From: Podarcis bocagei
Taxonomy: Eukaryota
Length of the DNA stretch: 64,000 nucleotides
Strand: one strand, 5' to 3'
Assembly (NCBI GenBank): GCA_964188305.1
Contig: OZ076894.1
The position numbers and the translations under genes are program-made. A model generated the notes under the pieces. It was given only the letters and a program-made list of their open reading frames with translations. It searched no databases and was not told where the DNA came from. Shown here one piece after another: positions 63,040-64,000 of the stretch (positions are counted from its first letter, which is position 1; each line of letters starts with the position of its first letter).

Positions 63040-63109
63040 GGTGAGATACTGATCTCACCTGCTGTCAAATCCATGTGTCCCAGAAACCATTCTGGGACAC
63101 AGATCTGAC
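63040..63109. repeat. Two adjacent short hairpins
   Basis: ggtgagat-actg-atctcacc (63040-63059), then gtcaaatc-ca-tgtgtcccagaa-acca-ttctgggacaca-gatctgac (63064-63109). Confidence 0.8.
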
Positions 63110-64000
63110 CTGTAAATAAGATCCAAATGTTTACATTTTTGCAGTGACTTTTTCTTCTTTGAGAAAAATACAAGCAACTTCTGTATCTGCATCCCGTGCT
63201 CCCAATGTAAAGTTCAATCCAGTCAATGTGATGAGGGAAAGGAAAGGGGTGGAAATGTAGTAAATAGTTTCACAAAGTTTATACTCTTACATGCATTTTC
63301 CATTGTGCATAACTCTCTCTTTTTTTCTTCTTGCCCTATAGGTACATTAGACAAAGTACAAATAAAAAAAACTGAAATGAAGATTAATTATATGCCTCAA
63401 AGCCATAATTTAGTGTTTAAATTAATATTTTCATGCAAAGTGTCACATAATAAAGGAAAAATTAAACCCATATGGGCTGCAGATTGGAAAGAAATTAGCA
63501 ATTTGTCTCAAGCCTGGGGATGTACTCTTGTTTTGTAAATGAAATATGTTATATTTCTGGTTTAGGCATGAAAACTATTTTTATAATTGCACTATGATTT
63601 TGAAAAAGGAAATGCTTTTAGTGTAATTATTGACTGGGGGCAAGGAACACAAGCAAGAGCTATCTTGGCTGTCTGAGACGGTTTAACAACAACCATTTAA
63701 TGGGCAGTAAAGCTGGGTCACTAATGCAATGTGCTGGGTGGCCTGCTGAACTCTCCAAGCCATGTCTTGAACTCCCGTTGATAATGGTGCACCTCCGTCA
63801 CATGCAAGTGGGCTTCCTTGATGTTTCCAGGAGAGCTGATATGATTTAACATATGGGATCATTTAGGAAGGCTCCATGTATTACCGTCTGTACACAATTT
63901 CTATTTGGGGCAAACACCATGAGTAACCATTTCGAAAGAGGAGATCCCAGGGAGATACTAGTAGTTATGTATAGTATTTTCTTTCTAAGCACACACAAGA

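Overview
This is 64 kb of AT-rich, non-coding vertebrate DNA. The repeat content (Sauria/Squam-type SINEs, tRNA-Ile/CR1-tailed SINEs, BovB, L2, CR1, L1, RTE, pogo/Tigger and hAT MITEs) points to a squamate reptile, most likely a lacertid lizard (inference). I found no convincing host exon; every interpretable ORF is a retroelement remnant or a microsatellite artefact. The most notable locus is 54.47-56.07 kb. It appears to hold two very young Penelope-like element (PLE) insertions in one (TA)n tract. Each insertion is a head-to-head fold-back, giving three overlapping palindromes (the largest has 605-bp arms) and four copies of a minimal hammerhead ribozyme motif (two complete, two partial). 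A second PLE family with a decayed hammerhead lies at ~40.0-40.3 kb. Other points of interest are a young hAT element carrying a CpG-island-like interior (24.8-25.3 kb), a fragment resembling mammalian Tigger1, two unexplained hairpins, and TE-free blocks rich in homeodomain motifs that look like developmental enhancers. Family names come from pattern recognition, not database searches.
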